Virus record (IMG/VR): IMGVR_UViG_3300022744_000001
Span: 258,022-322,021 of that record
Length of the DNA: 64,000 nucleotides
DNA from: a virus
Strand: one strand, 5' to 3'
The notes under the pieces were generated by a model. The model was not told where the DNA came from. It ran no database searches and saw nothing but the letters and a program-made list of their open reading frames with translations. Position 1 is the stretch's first letter. Each line of letters starts with the position of its first letter. Shown piece by piece: positions 53,440-62,473 of the stretch. Made by a program: the position numbers and the translations under genes.

Positions 53440-53958
53440 TCACGCCAAGGTGATCGAGAAGGTCACCGTCAAAGTGTCGTTGGTAAAGAGAGTACGCTGC
53501 GAGAACTGGATCTCGTGCGCCATCGTGCCTGCACTGGACAGGTCGAACAGGGCAGTCTTCTGCACACCCTGAGACGAAATGCCCGTATAGGTGAAGATCT
53601 TCTGAACGACCGTCTGGGTACCTGAGCCAGTCGGAAGAGTCACCGTGCCCAACGCACGGTCGAGCCCGTTACCGGTCAGCTCACTCGCCAAAGTCGTATC
53701 GCCCGCCGCAGGAGCCGCCGCATCGTTCGACAAAGCGATGTAGTTGAAACCGCCACCGAGGCCCGAGCGTTGACCCGCCGACCCGTAGATGTACGTGTGG
53801 ATCTGACGGCGCCCGGCATCCGTGACGATGTTCCACGACTCCTGCTCGTCGATCACCTTGAGAAGATAGAGGCCCGACTTCTCATCGAAGTCATAGGGCC
53901 TCTCGTGGCGAATGAAAGCCTTGGCCCGGGGCCCCTGCATCTGGATCGTCGGCAGCAT
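53440..53958 (-). CDS. virion structural protein (172 aa)
   Basis: An ORF in the operon with protein-like composition. Confidence 0.6.
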   Translation of the reverse strand: MLPTIQMQGPRAKAFIRHERPYDFDEKSGLYLLKVIDEQESWNIVTDAGRRQIHTYIYGSAGQRSGLGGGFNYIALSNDAAAPAAGDTTLASELTGNGLDRALGTVTLPTGSGTQTVVQKIFTYTGISSQGVQKTALFDLSSAGTMAHEIQFSQRTLFTNDTLTVTFSITLA

Positions 53959-53979
53959 GTACGGTTCCTCCTACTCTCT

Positions 53980-54792
53980 TCAAAAATCCATCGAATGATC
54001 TTCGGACACGACCGACTTGTTTTCCTTGACCCCCAGACGGTCTCTGTCTTTGAGCCCTCTTGGGTAAACTCGGAAGTCGTCGTACCAATAGTTGGCAAGT
54101 CTCCAACGCATTGCGTCGTTGACCTTCCCTGTCGTATCTGCATTCGGGGTGTATGTGTCTCGAAAGATGTACCGAATGCGGAAAAGCGTGTGCGCCGGTC
54201 TCAGGATGTCCAAAATGAGCCGGATATTCGAGTCCAGAGAGAACACCTCGGAGGGGAAGCCTCCGAGCGAGTCAATGTCGATCTGGAACCCGAACTGGTC
54301 AGAAATGTCGAGGCCAGAAGCCCCCGCACGCACGAGGAGGAAGTTCTCCGTGATGGTCACGTTGTTCGAAACGAACAGCTGCACGCCATCACGCATGCTC
54401 CCAGGTACCGAGCCCTGGAAATAGATGCGGATCACGTTGAGCAGGAACTGCTTGAACTCCTGGTCGTCGAACGTCGTGATCGGAAGCTTGCCGTTCAAGA
54501 AGACCAGGTACCCAATGATGCTGTAGAGGAACTCCGAGCGCGTGTTCTTGAAGTCCCCGTCCAGGCTCACGTCCTCAAGCGCCAGCTCGAGCTTGGAAAG
54601 CTCCACCGCCACAGCCTTCAACTCGTTCGTGTAGTTGGGGCCCTGGACCGTTGAGATGTAGTTCGAGGGAAGCAGGTTGAGGAGGTTCGTGAAAATCGAC
54701 TGCGCCCGCGTAGCAAGGCGGAGGTTGTATTCCTTGCCTTGCTGCTGGATCGTGTAGTTGAGTCGATTCGGGTCTTGAACAAGCCTCGGCAT
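53980..54792 (-). CDS. virion or baseplate-associated protein (270 aa)
   Basis: An ORF immediately downstream of the 1148-aa protein. No motif was recognised. Confidence 0.6.
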   Translation of the reverse strand: MPRLVQDPNRLNYTIQQQGKEYNLRLATRAQSIFTNLLNLLPSNYISTVQGPNYTNELKAVAVELSKLELALEDVSLDGDFKNTRSEFLYSIIGYLVFLNGKLPITTFDDQEFKQFLLNVIRIYFQGSVPGSMRDGVQLFVSNNVTITENFLLVRAGASGLDISDQFGFQIDIDSLGGFPSEVFSLDSNIRLILDILRPAHTLFRIRYIFRDTYTPNADTTGKVNDAMRWRLANYWYDDFRVYPRGLKDRDRLGVKENKSVVSEDHSMDF

Positions 54793-54800
54793 ACTTCACC

Positions 54801-57800
54801 TCAAGTGGCTGTCCTGAAAGTGATCGTGAAGTTGCCAAGCTCCACGAACTCGACACCCGAAGCGGAGACGTCCTTGGAGCCCGAGTCCCCACGAACCACG
54901 TACGAGACGGCATAGCCGTGGTTCCCCGGAAGGTCCGAAGAGGGCAGGGCAACTACAACGTGATTGGCAGTACGGCGAAGCAACTCAGCCTCCTGTGCAG
55001 CCGCTGTTGTGAACCCAGCAGCGAGCAACGTGGCCGAATCTGTGTACCCCGCAATGAGGGCCCCCGAAGACCCAATAATGTACGCCTGGTTAGATGCGCT
55101 TGCGACGAGTGCCAAAGTCGCAGACAAAGTCATAGCCTCGTCATCTTGGAACACGCCCTTGTGTTCCGTGGTGAGGCCGCCGCCATCAGTCGTTGGGGAT
55201 TGCAACGGAGCGGTGAGGATGAAAGCCAAGTTCCCGCCAATACCCAGCGAGGTCAGCTCAAGACTTGCCGAGGAGAGGCTCTCCCGGAGCTTACGGGAAC
55301 CATCCGCATAGGCCATGCGCGCGAAGGGGACGACCTGGAAATCGACCCCCGTTGTGGAGTCGATGGCATTGATCATGTCGCTCTGGGCAACACCCTGACC
55401 AATCGTGCGCTTGTTGAGTTCGAGGCTGGCATTTGACCGGATGGCCGGGTCAGCCTTGTCCCTGGTGGCGCCGGAGAGCAACTGGACCGTCGTCTCAATG
55501 TCGATGGAGTTGTTGATCGCCTGCTTGACGATGACATCCGCCGTTACGTGGCGACGAGAGTTGATCGTCCGCTGGAGCTGCTGAAGCAGGTCGTTGATCA
55601 CGTAAGTGACCGTGAAATTCTCATCATGGACGTAGTCCACAGAGACCGCTGCGCCGTTCACGATGTCCGAGGTGGCGGTACGAACAATACGCACAGGGGT
55701 CGTGGCAGTACCGTCGATGACCTGGTAATCCGGGTTCGTGGCATCAGGCCCGTCATACTCGATGGAGCGGTCGGCATTGAACACTCGAATGGTCTTGGTG
55801 TTGATGCCGATGCTGAGAAGGGGCTCCTCGATGAACCCAATCAGCGTATGCACTTCATCGTTCACCGTGATGGTTTCACCCGAGGGGATACCGCCCACTT
55901 GGTTGATGGAGAGGTAGTCGCTTGCAATGGTGCTTTCACCCTCGAGCAGCGGGTCCTCGGTCTTGTAGAGGTTGTACCCAAGCGACGTGTCCAAAGTGCC
56001 GGAAACTTCGCCCACAACCGAAACTACGCGTCGAACCGGCTGCAACGAGAACTTGAACTGGTTCACGACGCGGAACCGGTAGTCGGCCGTGACCACGTCA
56101 TCGATATTGGTCGCAACTTGACCTACGAGCGAGGGGTCAAGCTTGAACGTCTGGTAGTCGATGATCTGGGCGTTGGTCAGAAGGTAGTCCAAACCCTGAG
56201 TCACGTTTCGGACGCCAAGGCCCTGGCCCGAATTGTCGAGCAGCTCGACAATCGGGGTATTCACCGTGACGCGGCTGTCCTGAACCCGGAAGGTGAGGGT
56301 TGGTAGGTCGATGATCTGGCAGATGATGTCGCGCGCAATCTCGAACGTGAACGCGAACTTCTCCGAGACCTGACGTTCACGAAGACCCTGAACCCAGATA
56401 TCAACTTTGCCCCCGATGTGCTTGTGCCGAACCAGGTCGTAGTCGCGCATCATGAGGTCGTCGCCCGACTTCACGACCTTGGCTTTGATGACCCCTACCT
56501 GCTCGGCCGACGTCGAGGTGTAGCCACCCTCGGTACCCGTATCGACCGACACGAAGCCAAGGAGCGCTCGAGCAGCAAGGTCGGCATTCGACTCGCGGTC
56601 CGCACCAAAGACCGTGGCCTCCAGGTTCGTGACCAGAAGCCCCGTGACGCCTTGAGAGCTGGTAATCTGACCGGCTGGGCGGTTACCCACTTCGCCGAGG
56701 GTCTCCGCCACGATATCGACAGTGATTTCGTAACGCTTGCGGTCGAAGTTGTAGTAGGAATCCGCCTGGGCGGCGGACATGACGTAGGTGCCACCGACAC
56801 GGTAACGCACCGACGGGATGCCCAAAGAGCTATCCGCACTGGTGCTCACGATGGTGCCAGCGGGGATTGGAAGGTCGAAGGTCGGCCGAGACGTCGTGTA
56901 GAAGACCTCTTGCCCCACTGCCGGACGGCCAGGGAGGCGAGTCTTGTTCACGTTGGCAGCGAGCTTGTCAAAAGCCGAGTCGATGAGCGACTGAACCGCT
57001 GCGTCAGTCGAGTAGCCCAAGGCCGCCTTCAAAGCCGTCTTGTAGGCGCTGCTCGCGACCGGGTCCGATACCCCATCCCCGTTCGCATCATCGATTTGAA
57101 GCAGGGTCAGGAAGCTCTGGGCCCGGTGGATGAAGTCGAGCAGGAAGTAGAGACGCTCAGCTTCGGAAGAGAACGGGTCGATGGACACGTCGCGGGTAGT
57201 CGAGCCAGGGATGAGGCTGATCTCCTGGTCCACCCGCTGAATCGCCGCAACGTAATCGGTCAGAACCTGAAACTGGGTGCGGCCCGGAAGGTCCCTGATG
57301 GCCGTGTCGATGGTCAGAGGTGTCCCAAGCACTTCCTGAGAAAAGGCGCTCTCAACCTCCACCGAGGTGGCGCTGTCGAAGTAAACCCCCGTCACAACAT
57401 AGTAGAGAGGGTCCGTATCGGCCACCGAAGCGAACTGGTCGCTATTCAGGATGCCGGTACCTCCCGACCGATAGTGACGAAATCTCGCGTACTGGGTCAG
57501 GGTCCGCTCTTGAAGCGTCGAGGTGAAACGTAGGTCCCCCGAGTAGTCGGTGACCGTGTAGGTCTGGTCGAGGCGCGTCGAGATTTCATTCCCGAACACG
57601 TCCTCCTCGGTCACCTTGACCCGGATGACATTACCCGTCTCATTCCGTGTCCAAACGGTGGACTCATCCCCAATGTCTGACGTCGTTTCGTCGTAAACAC
57701 CCGAGGCCGACGTGATGAGATTCTCGTTCAGGAGAAAGTAGCCCGTGGTACCCGCGGGGGACGTCGAGGCGTAGACGTTGAACCCTTGGAAAATAGCCGT

Positions 57801-58247
57801 TTCTGTGGCCCCGTAAGCACCTTGCTCGATGGTTGCGGGGATAGCCGCCAGAATATCCACCGCATCTCGACGCCGCCGAACCTTGATGCCCGAGGGGATG
57901 TCCACCTGGGCCACGTCGCTCTGTCGGATTTTCGTGACCGAAACCAGAGCCGTTGCGCTGACCCCGCCAACGATATCGATGGTGCGCACCAAAATCGTGT
58001 TGAGGCCAGGCTCGAGGATCAACCCTTCCGTGTACGAACTCGGGTTCGGAATCGTGAACGCGGGCAGGTCGAAGCTCACCAGGGTAGGGTCAGAAACGAA
58101 CGCCCCGCCGTTGATCGAAACCTGGATATCCACTGCCGAGGTATCCGCGAGGCCCTCGATGAAGATCGAGCTGCGGTTCGTACTGAACACGAGGTTTTGG
58201 GTGTACCCCGATCCATCCCTGAGTTTAATCTGCGGTGCAGTGGCCAT
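54801..58247 (-). CDS. large virion protein (1148 aa). A baseplate-wedge (gp6/J-like) role is suggested only by size and by its position upstream of the fibre cassette
   Basis: A single 3.4-kb ORF. The functional assignment is positional inference and is not motif-based. Confidence 0.7.
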   Translation of the reverse strand: MATAPQIKLRDGSGYTQNLVFSTNRSSIFIEGLADTSAVDIQVSINGGAFVSDPTLVSFDLPAFTIPNPSSYTEGLILEPGLNTILVRTIDIVGGVSATALVSVTKIRQSDVAQVDIPSGIKVRRRRDAVDILAAIPATIEQGAYGATETAIFQGFNVYASTSPAGTTGYFLLNENLITSASGVYDETTSDIGDESTVWTRNETGNVIRVKVTEEDVFGNEISTRLDQTYTVTDYSGDLRFTSTLQERTLTQYARFRHYRSGGTGILNSDQFASVADTDPLYYVVTGVYFDSATSVEVESAFSQEVLGTPLTIDTAIRDLPGRTQFQVLTDYVAAIQRVDQEISLIPGSTTRDVSIDPFSSEAERLYFLLDFIHRAQSFLTLLQIDDANGDGVSDPVASSAYKTALKAALGYSTDAAVQSLIDSAFDKLAANVNKTRLPGRPAVGQEVFYTTSRPTFDLPIPAGTIVSTSADSSLGIPSVRYRVGGTYVMSAAQADSYYNFDRKRYEITVDIVAETLGEVGNRPAGQITSSQGVTGLLVTNLEATVFGADRESNADLAARALLGFVSVDTGTEGGYTSTSAEQVGVIKAKVVKSGDDLMMRDYDLVRHKHIGGKVDIWVQGLRERQVSEKFAFTFEIARDIICQIIDLPTLTFRVQDSRVTVNTPIVELLDNSGQGLGVRNVTQGLDYLLTNAQIIDYQTFKLDPSLVGQVATNIDDVVTADYRFRVVNQFKFSLQPVRRVVSVVGEVSGTLDTSLGYNLYKTEDPLLEGESTIASDYLSINQVGGIPSGETITVNDEVHTLIGFIEEPLLSIGINTKTIRVFNADRSIEYDGPDATNPDYQVIDGTATTPVRIVRTATSDIVNGAAVSVDYVHDENFTVTYVINDLLQQLQRTINSRRHVTADVIVKQAINNSIDIETTVQLLSGATRDKADPAIRSNASLELNKRTIGQGVAQSDMINAIDSTTGVDFQVVPFARMAYADGSRKLRESLSSASLELTSLGIGGNLAFILTAPLQSPTTDGGGLTTEHKGVFQDDEAMTLSATLALVASASNQAYIIGSSGALIAGYTDSATLLAAGFTTAAAQEAELLRRTANHVVVALPSSDLPGNHGYAVSYVVRGDSGSKDVSASGVEFVELGNFTITFRTAT

Positions 58248-58250
58248 GGG

Positions 58251-59387
58251 TCATCCAACCAACGTGTAGTTGTTGAGGCTCTGACGAAACACGCCCTGAG
58301 ATTGCGTGTTGCCGAGCAGATTTGTGGGCTGAGGGAGCTTCAGTCCTCGAGACAGCACGATGGGCTTGAAGCTGCGATTCTGAACCTCGATGTTCACGAA
58401 AATGACCGTCGGGTCCTGCTGGCTTTGCTCCAAGTTGACGCCAGTAAGACGAAACGGGTACTCCTCGTCGGACACGATTTGACCTACCGTTTCCTCCTGC
58501 TGGCGCTTGATGCTCTGCCAACGAGCGAAGGTCGAGTAGATGTCCGAGGTGATGGTGTTTTGAATGACGCCGGTGGCCGAGTTTTTGTTGCCAATGCGCT
58601 CGACAATCGTTGTGCCGTACCAGGGGTGGAAGGGGTTTGACCCTCGAGCTGTGTACGTGACCTTGAGCAGCTCTTGGATGAGCAGAGCTTCATCACGAGC
58701 TTCGCCAACGTTGCCGTCCACGCTGTAGCGCCAGTCGTTCTCGACCCCGAGGCCACCACACCGACGGCACTCCTCCCGCACCGTAGCGTAGGAGACTTCC
58801 ACGAAGTTGTCTCCCGCCTGCAAGGTGTCATCGAAGTACACGAAGCGCTTAGGGCGGTCCCCCAACGTGTTCGGAGCAACTACCAGGGTCCAACCCGGGA
58901 AAGCGTCCTTGCCACGGAAAACTCGATCCGTGGAGACGCCCAAGAGCGAAGCCATGGTGCTCGAGCCCAGGATCATGAAAGTTGCGTCCTGGCCCGCCAG
59001 GGAGGTTCGAATACCGATTCGGTTGCGGTCGGCGAAAAACACGAGACCTGGGAACCGCGCCGTGAGAGCATCTGCAAGCCGAGCTGGCTGCACCTGTGCT
59101 GCTTGGGGCAACGTGACCGTCAAGGGAGGATCCGTGTTCACCTTGATGGTCAGCGTATTGTTCGCCGAGGTGATGTTGAACGGACCTTCCTTGGTACCCG
59201 TCACCCGAGCTTGAACTTGTACCCCCGAAGAGGGTACATCGATCTGCCCGTTGAGCCGCACCACCACAGAGCCCGCCGAAGAGATAGGGCGAAGCGGGAT
59301 TGCGGTCTGGCGGTCGGATTGGACATAGAGGAACTCGTCAGCAACCCTGTGCTCACAGATCTGGTCAATCTGACGGTCATAACTCAT
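58251..59387 (-). CDS. virion or baseplate protein (378 aa)
   Basis: An ORF that contains CRRCGG. It is coupled to its neighbours. Confidence 0.65.
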   Translation of the reverse strand: MSYDRQIDQICEHRVADEFLYVQSDRQTAIPLRPISSAGSVVVRLNGQIDVPSSGVQVQARVTGTKEGPFNITSANNTLTIKVNTDPPLTVTLPQAAQVQPARLADALTARFPGLVFFADRNRIGIRTSLAGQDATFMILGSSTMASLLGVSTDRVFRGKDAFPGWTLVVAPNTLGDRPKRFVYFDDTLQAGDNFVEVSYATVREECRRCGGLGVENDWRYSVDGNVGEARDEALLIQELLKVTYTARGSNPFHPWYGTTIVERIGNKNSATGVIQNTITSDIYSTFARWQSIKRQQEETVGQIVSDEEYPFRLTGVNLEQSQQDPTVIFVNIEVQNRSFKPIVLSRGLKLPQPTNLLGNTQSQGVFRQSLNNYTLVG

Positions 59388-60136
59388 TGTCCACTGCCCT
59401 CCCCTACGACCACGTAGCCAGAGTTCGTGCGCTCCACCGAGACCCCGCTGGTCGGGGTTCTGCCACCAGGCTCGTACGAAGACATGGGGGCATAGATGAA
59501 CTTTCCGAACTCGTCCCGGCCTGCATCATCCGCAATGGCACGATAGGTCGGGTCAGTGAACAGCTGCTTCACAAAGGCAACCAAGTTCTCGAGCGACCCG
59601 TCCGCCTCAGCGGTACCGCGAATCGACGTCAACTTGGAGATTTCGTCCTGGAGCTGGTCCGAGTAATCCACCGTCCGGCGGATCTTGCGCTCAAGTCGTT
59701 CAAGGCGCTCGAGGTCGTCCGCTATCCATGCTTTGATGGTACGGACAGCATTCCCCGAGGGCCCATCAGAAAGGCCCGCCGCAGGAATGGGCTCACCGTT
59801 CGAAAGGATTTTCGAGTTGGCAAGCTCGTTACCCTTGGGGCGAGTGATTGCCTGCCCCATGGTTCGCATTTGAAGGTCGTAGAACGGGTCCCCGCCAAGG
59901 ACCTCATACGCCGCAATGAGCTGCCCGATATACGTGGTCGCAGCGCCCCCGCTGCCCGTCGTGTATGAAACTGGCTTGCCTGCCGTGTCGTAGGAGAACT
60001 GGAGAAACCCAACTCGCTGGTACTCCACAGACAAGTGCCGAATACGGGCATCAATCAACGGCAACCGGCTACGGGCATACGCCGCAAGCCGGTTGAACTG
60101 TGATGCGTTAAAAGTGCCCAGGTAGTCGAACGGCAT
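59384..60136 (-). CDS. virion structural protein (250 aa)
   Basis: An ORF with a 4-nt overlap with the downstream gene. Confidence 0.6.
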   Translation of the reverse strand: MPFDYLGTFNASQFNRLAAYARSRLPLIDARIRHLSVEYQRVGFLQFSYDTAGKPVSYTTGSGGAATTYIGQLIAAYEVLGGDPFYDLQMRTMGQAITRPKGNELANSKILSNGEPIPAAGLSDGPSGNAVRTIKAWIADDLERLERLERKIRRTVDYSDQLQDEISKLTSIRGTAEADGSLENLVAFVKQLFTDPTYRAIADDAGRDEFGKFIYAPMSSYEPGGRTPTSGVSVERTNSGYVVVGEGSGQ

Positions 60137-60157
60137 GACCCTACTTACTCCTGGGGT

Positions 60158-62296
60158 TTAGAAGATTAGGCTGAAGGCACTGACAAACGCTTGGACGTCG
60201 GTACCCACATAGGCCAGCCCAACTCCCGCAGAATAACCGCCAGGACCCGATGGCGGAGGCGTGCCGCCCGCCGTGTCGATAGCCTCAGTCCAACCGGGGA
60301 GGCCCTTGTCGGTCTCTGGGACGTTGAGGAAGTAGAAGCCCGCGGAGAATGAATCGAGGTAGTTCAAGATTTCGATCAGGAACTGGATGAACCGCTCGAG
60401 CGAGTCGATCTTTCGCACCACAAGGTCGATGAACGCTTTAAGCTCGTCCAGTGCCGACTTGAACCCATCAAGGAGGCCATTGATCTTGGCGATGAGTTCG
60501 TACAGGAACCGTCCTGTCCAAGGGATAATGTCTTGGAGCAGAGAGATGGAAACCCAGTCCGGAGAAGTGCCGCCGAGTGAGAACGCCCCGATGAACTGGA
60601 TCGCACGTTGAAGGTTGAGGCGAACCTCCGCGTTGTAATACGCGTAGTTGTTCGTCACATAAACCTGGGGCACATACTGCTGAGGGAAGTTGGTAGGCAG
60701 CGTGTTGTACTGGGCCACCAGCTCTTCCATGGTCGAGGGGGACTCAAGGAACCCCTTGGAGCCCACTGGGAATGGCAAAGCCGCCTTGTAGAGGTTGCGG
60801 TACGACGTGAGCCCTTCCCCGCTCTCGTACAGGGACATTGCTGTCGCCCGAGCGAGCTTGGCCGCGTACTGTTTCACGACGAAGAAGTTGTGGACGACGT
60901 TTGGGTAGTCGCCGGTCACCGGGTCAGCAGTCACGCTGGTAACCGAGCCATCGCTGGCGAAGGTCACGCCATTGGGGGAGCCATAGACGATTCGAGAATC
61001 GAATTGAATGGGGCCCGCGATGTTGGACATCGAGCCCTGCCCGATGAAATCCACCGGGGTTGACCCTGTATTGCGCCCCTCTTCGTCGAAGGTTGAGCCC
61101 CCCGGTAGCTCGAGGTGGAAGCCCAACGAGAAAGCCATTTTGAAGGTCTGCTCGAGGGTCTCAATGAGGTCGATGTCGGTCGGAATGGTGTCTGGGAACC
61201 GTGTCGTTACGATGGGACTAGGACGCCCCATGACCACCGGGTCATTTGCGTCCGTGCTGGGCCACTCCTGAGTGGCTTGCTTCGTCCTACCATCAACAAT
61301 CGGGTCCTTGAGGTTGAGGGTGGTACCCGAAACGTCAAGAGAGCCGCTAAAAGCACGAACCCGATAGGTGTAGGTCTTGCCTTTGTCAACGTTCTTGTCG
61401 AGGTACCTGAACTTGCCCAGTTGACCAACCAAATAGGCGGCCGTTGCGACACCGGAGTCGATTACGATGTAGTCCTCGAATTTCCGGAAGTAGTCCCCAG
61501 TGGGATCGCGCGCCTTTTCATTCCGCTTGATGGGCTTACCGCTCTGCCCTTCGAAGCTTGTCTCCACTTCTGTGGTAACAATCTCTGGGCCTTGAGGGTT
61601 GCTCGTGCGCTCGATGAGCCACTTGGGCGGGATGAACTCGCTCGAGATGGTAGCCACAAGATCCGTGAAGCCCGGGTCCGGCGGATACTGATTGGTGGCG
61701 AGCGTCCACTCCACTGCAATGCCTTCGATGGTCTGGCTGAACAAGTCAGCCACCCGAAGGATCGGGTCGTCCTTGGCGCCGATGGGGAACGCTTTGACGT
61801 TGGCAGGCGCCGTATACTGGGCCGACAACAGCTCCTTCCCAAAGAAGCGGCGAAGGATGTTGACGAGCCGAAGGAGACCAAATTGGGACTCCGAGTCCGC
61901 CACGATGAGGACGAAACCGCTCTTCGTCGAACCTGCCACCGGCTGAGGCCGGAACGGGTCTCGGCTGTCATACAGCGAAGACTTGAAGCGCTGGGTAAAT
62001 GCTTGGTACCCGCCCTTGAACCGATCGAAGTTCGGGTCTTGAGTCGGGTTGGGGAAGTCAAAGTACCCATAGAGGCCAGTGCGACGAAGGCTCTCAAACA
62101 GCTGCAACACGAGAGCCAGCAGCGCTTCAACCAACGCTCGAACCGGATTCCCGAAGTCCACCAAGAACAACGAGACCGTTTGAAGCAGGGTTTTGATGAT
62201 CTCGAGAAAAACTACGAGGGTCTCGAGCGACCCACGCACTTGCTCGAGCAAATCCTTGCCCGGAATCTGAATCTGTAGTGCTTCCCAGTCAGCCAT
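60158..62296 (-). CDS. virion structural protein (712 aa)
   Basis: A long ORF. Its N-terminal ~80 aa are hydrophobic or helical (LVVFLEIIKTLLQTVSLFLVDF) and a helical C-terminus follows (LDELKAFIDLVVRKIDSLERFIQFLIEIL). Confidence 0.7.
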   Translation of the reverse strand: MADWEALQIQIPGKDLLEQVRGSLETLVVFLEIIKTLLQTVSLFLVDFGNPVRALVEALLALVLQLFESLRRTGLYGYFDFPNPTQDPNFDRFKGGYQAFTQRFKSSLYDSRDPFRPQPVAGSTKSGFVLIVADSESQFGLLRLVNILRRFFGKELLSAQYTAPANVKAFPIGAKDDPILRVADLFSQTIEGIAVEWTLATNQYPPDPGFTDLVATISSEFIPPKWLIERTSNPQGPEIVTTEVETSFEGQSGKPIKRNEKARDPTGDYFRKFEDYIVIDSGVATAAYLVGQLGKFRYLDKNVDKGKTYTYRVRAFSGSLDVSGTTLNLKDPIVDGRTKQATQEWPSTDANDPVVMGRPSPIVTTRFPDTIPTDIDLIETLEQTFKMAFSLGFHLELPGGSTFDEEGRNTGSTPVDFIGQGSMSNIAGPIQFDSRIVYGSPNGVTFASDGSVTSVTADPVTGDYPNVVHNFFVVKQYAAKLARATAMSLYESGEGLTSYRNLYKAALPFPVGSKGFLESPSTMEELVAQYNTLPTNFPQQYVPQVYVTNNYAYYNAEVRLNLQRAIQFIGAFSLGGTSPDWVSISLLQDIIPWTGRFLYELIAKINGLLDGFKSALDELKAFIDLVVRKIDSLERFIQFLIEILNYLDSFSAGFYFLNVPETDKGLPGWTEAIDTAGGTPPPSGPGGYSAGVGLAYVGTDVQAFVSAFSLIF

Positions 62297-62300
62297 AGCT

Positions 62301-62471
62301 TCAGCTCCCGTAGGTCATTTTCTCCAGCTTTCGCCGAAGTAGCGCCACTTCCTTTTCAGAAGCTTGCTTGGCTAAATCCACTACCTTACGAAGCTCTCCT
62401 ACGATGTGGAATTGGTCCTTTCGGGTCCACTCAGCTCGAGGAGCTTCGTCCTTCTTTTCCTCGTCGCTCAT
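62301..62471 (-). CDS. small hypothetical protein (56 aa from the internal Met MSDEEKKDEAPRAEW…)
   Basis: The first 43 codons of track ORF 62301..62600 overlap the upstream gene and look like off-frame junk. The trimmed ORF starts 2 nt after the upstream stop. Confidence 0.4.
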   Translation of the reverse strand: MSDEEKKDEAPRAEWTRKDQFHIVGELRKVVDLAKQASEKEVALLRRKLEKMTYGS

Positions 62472-62473
62472 GG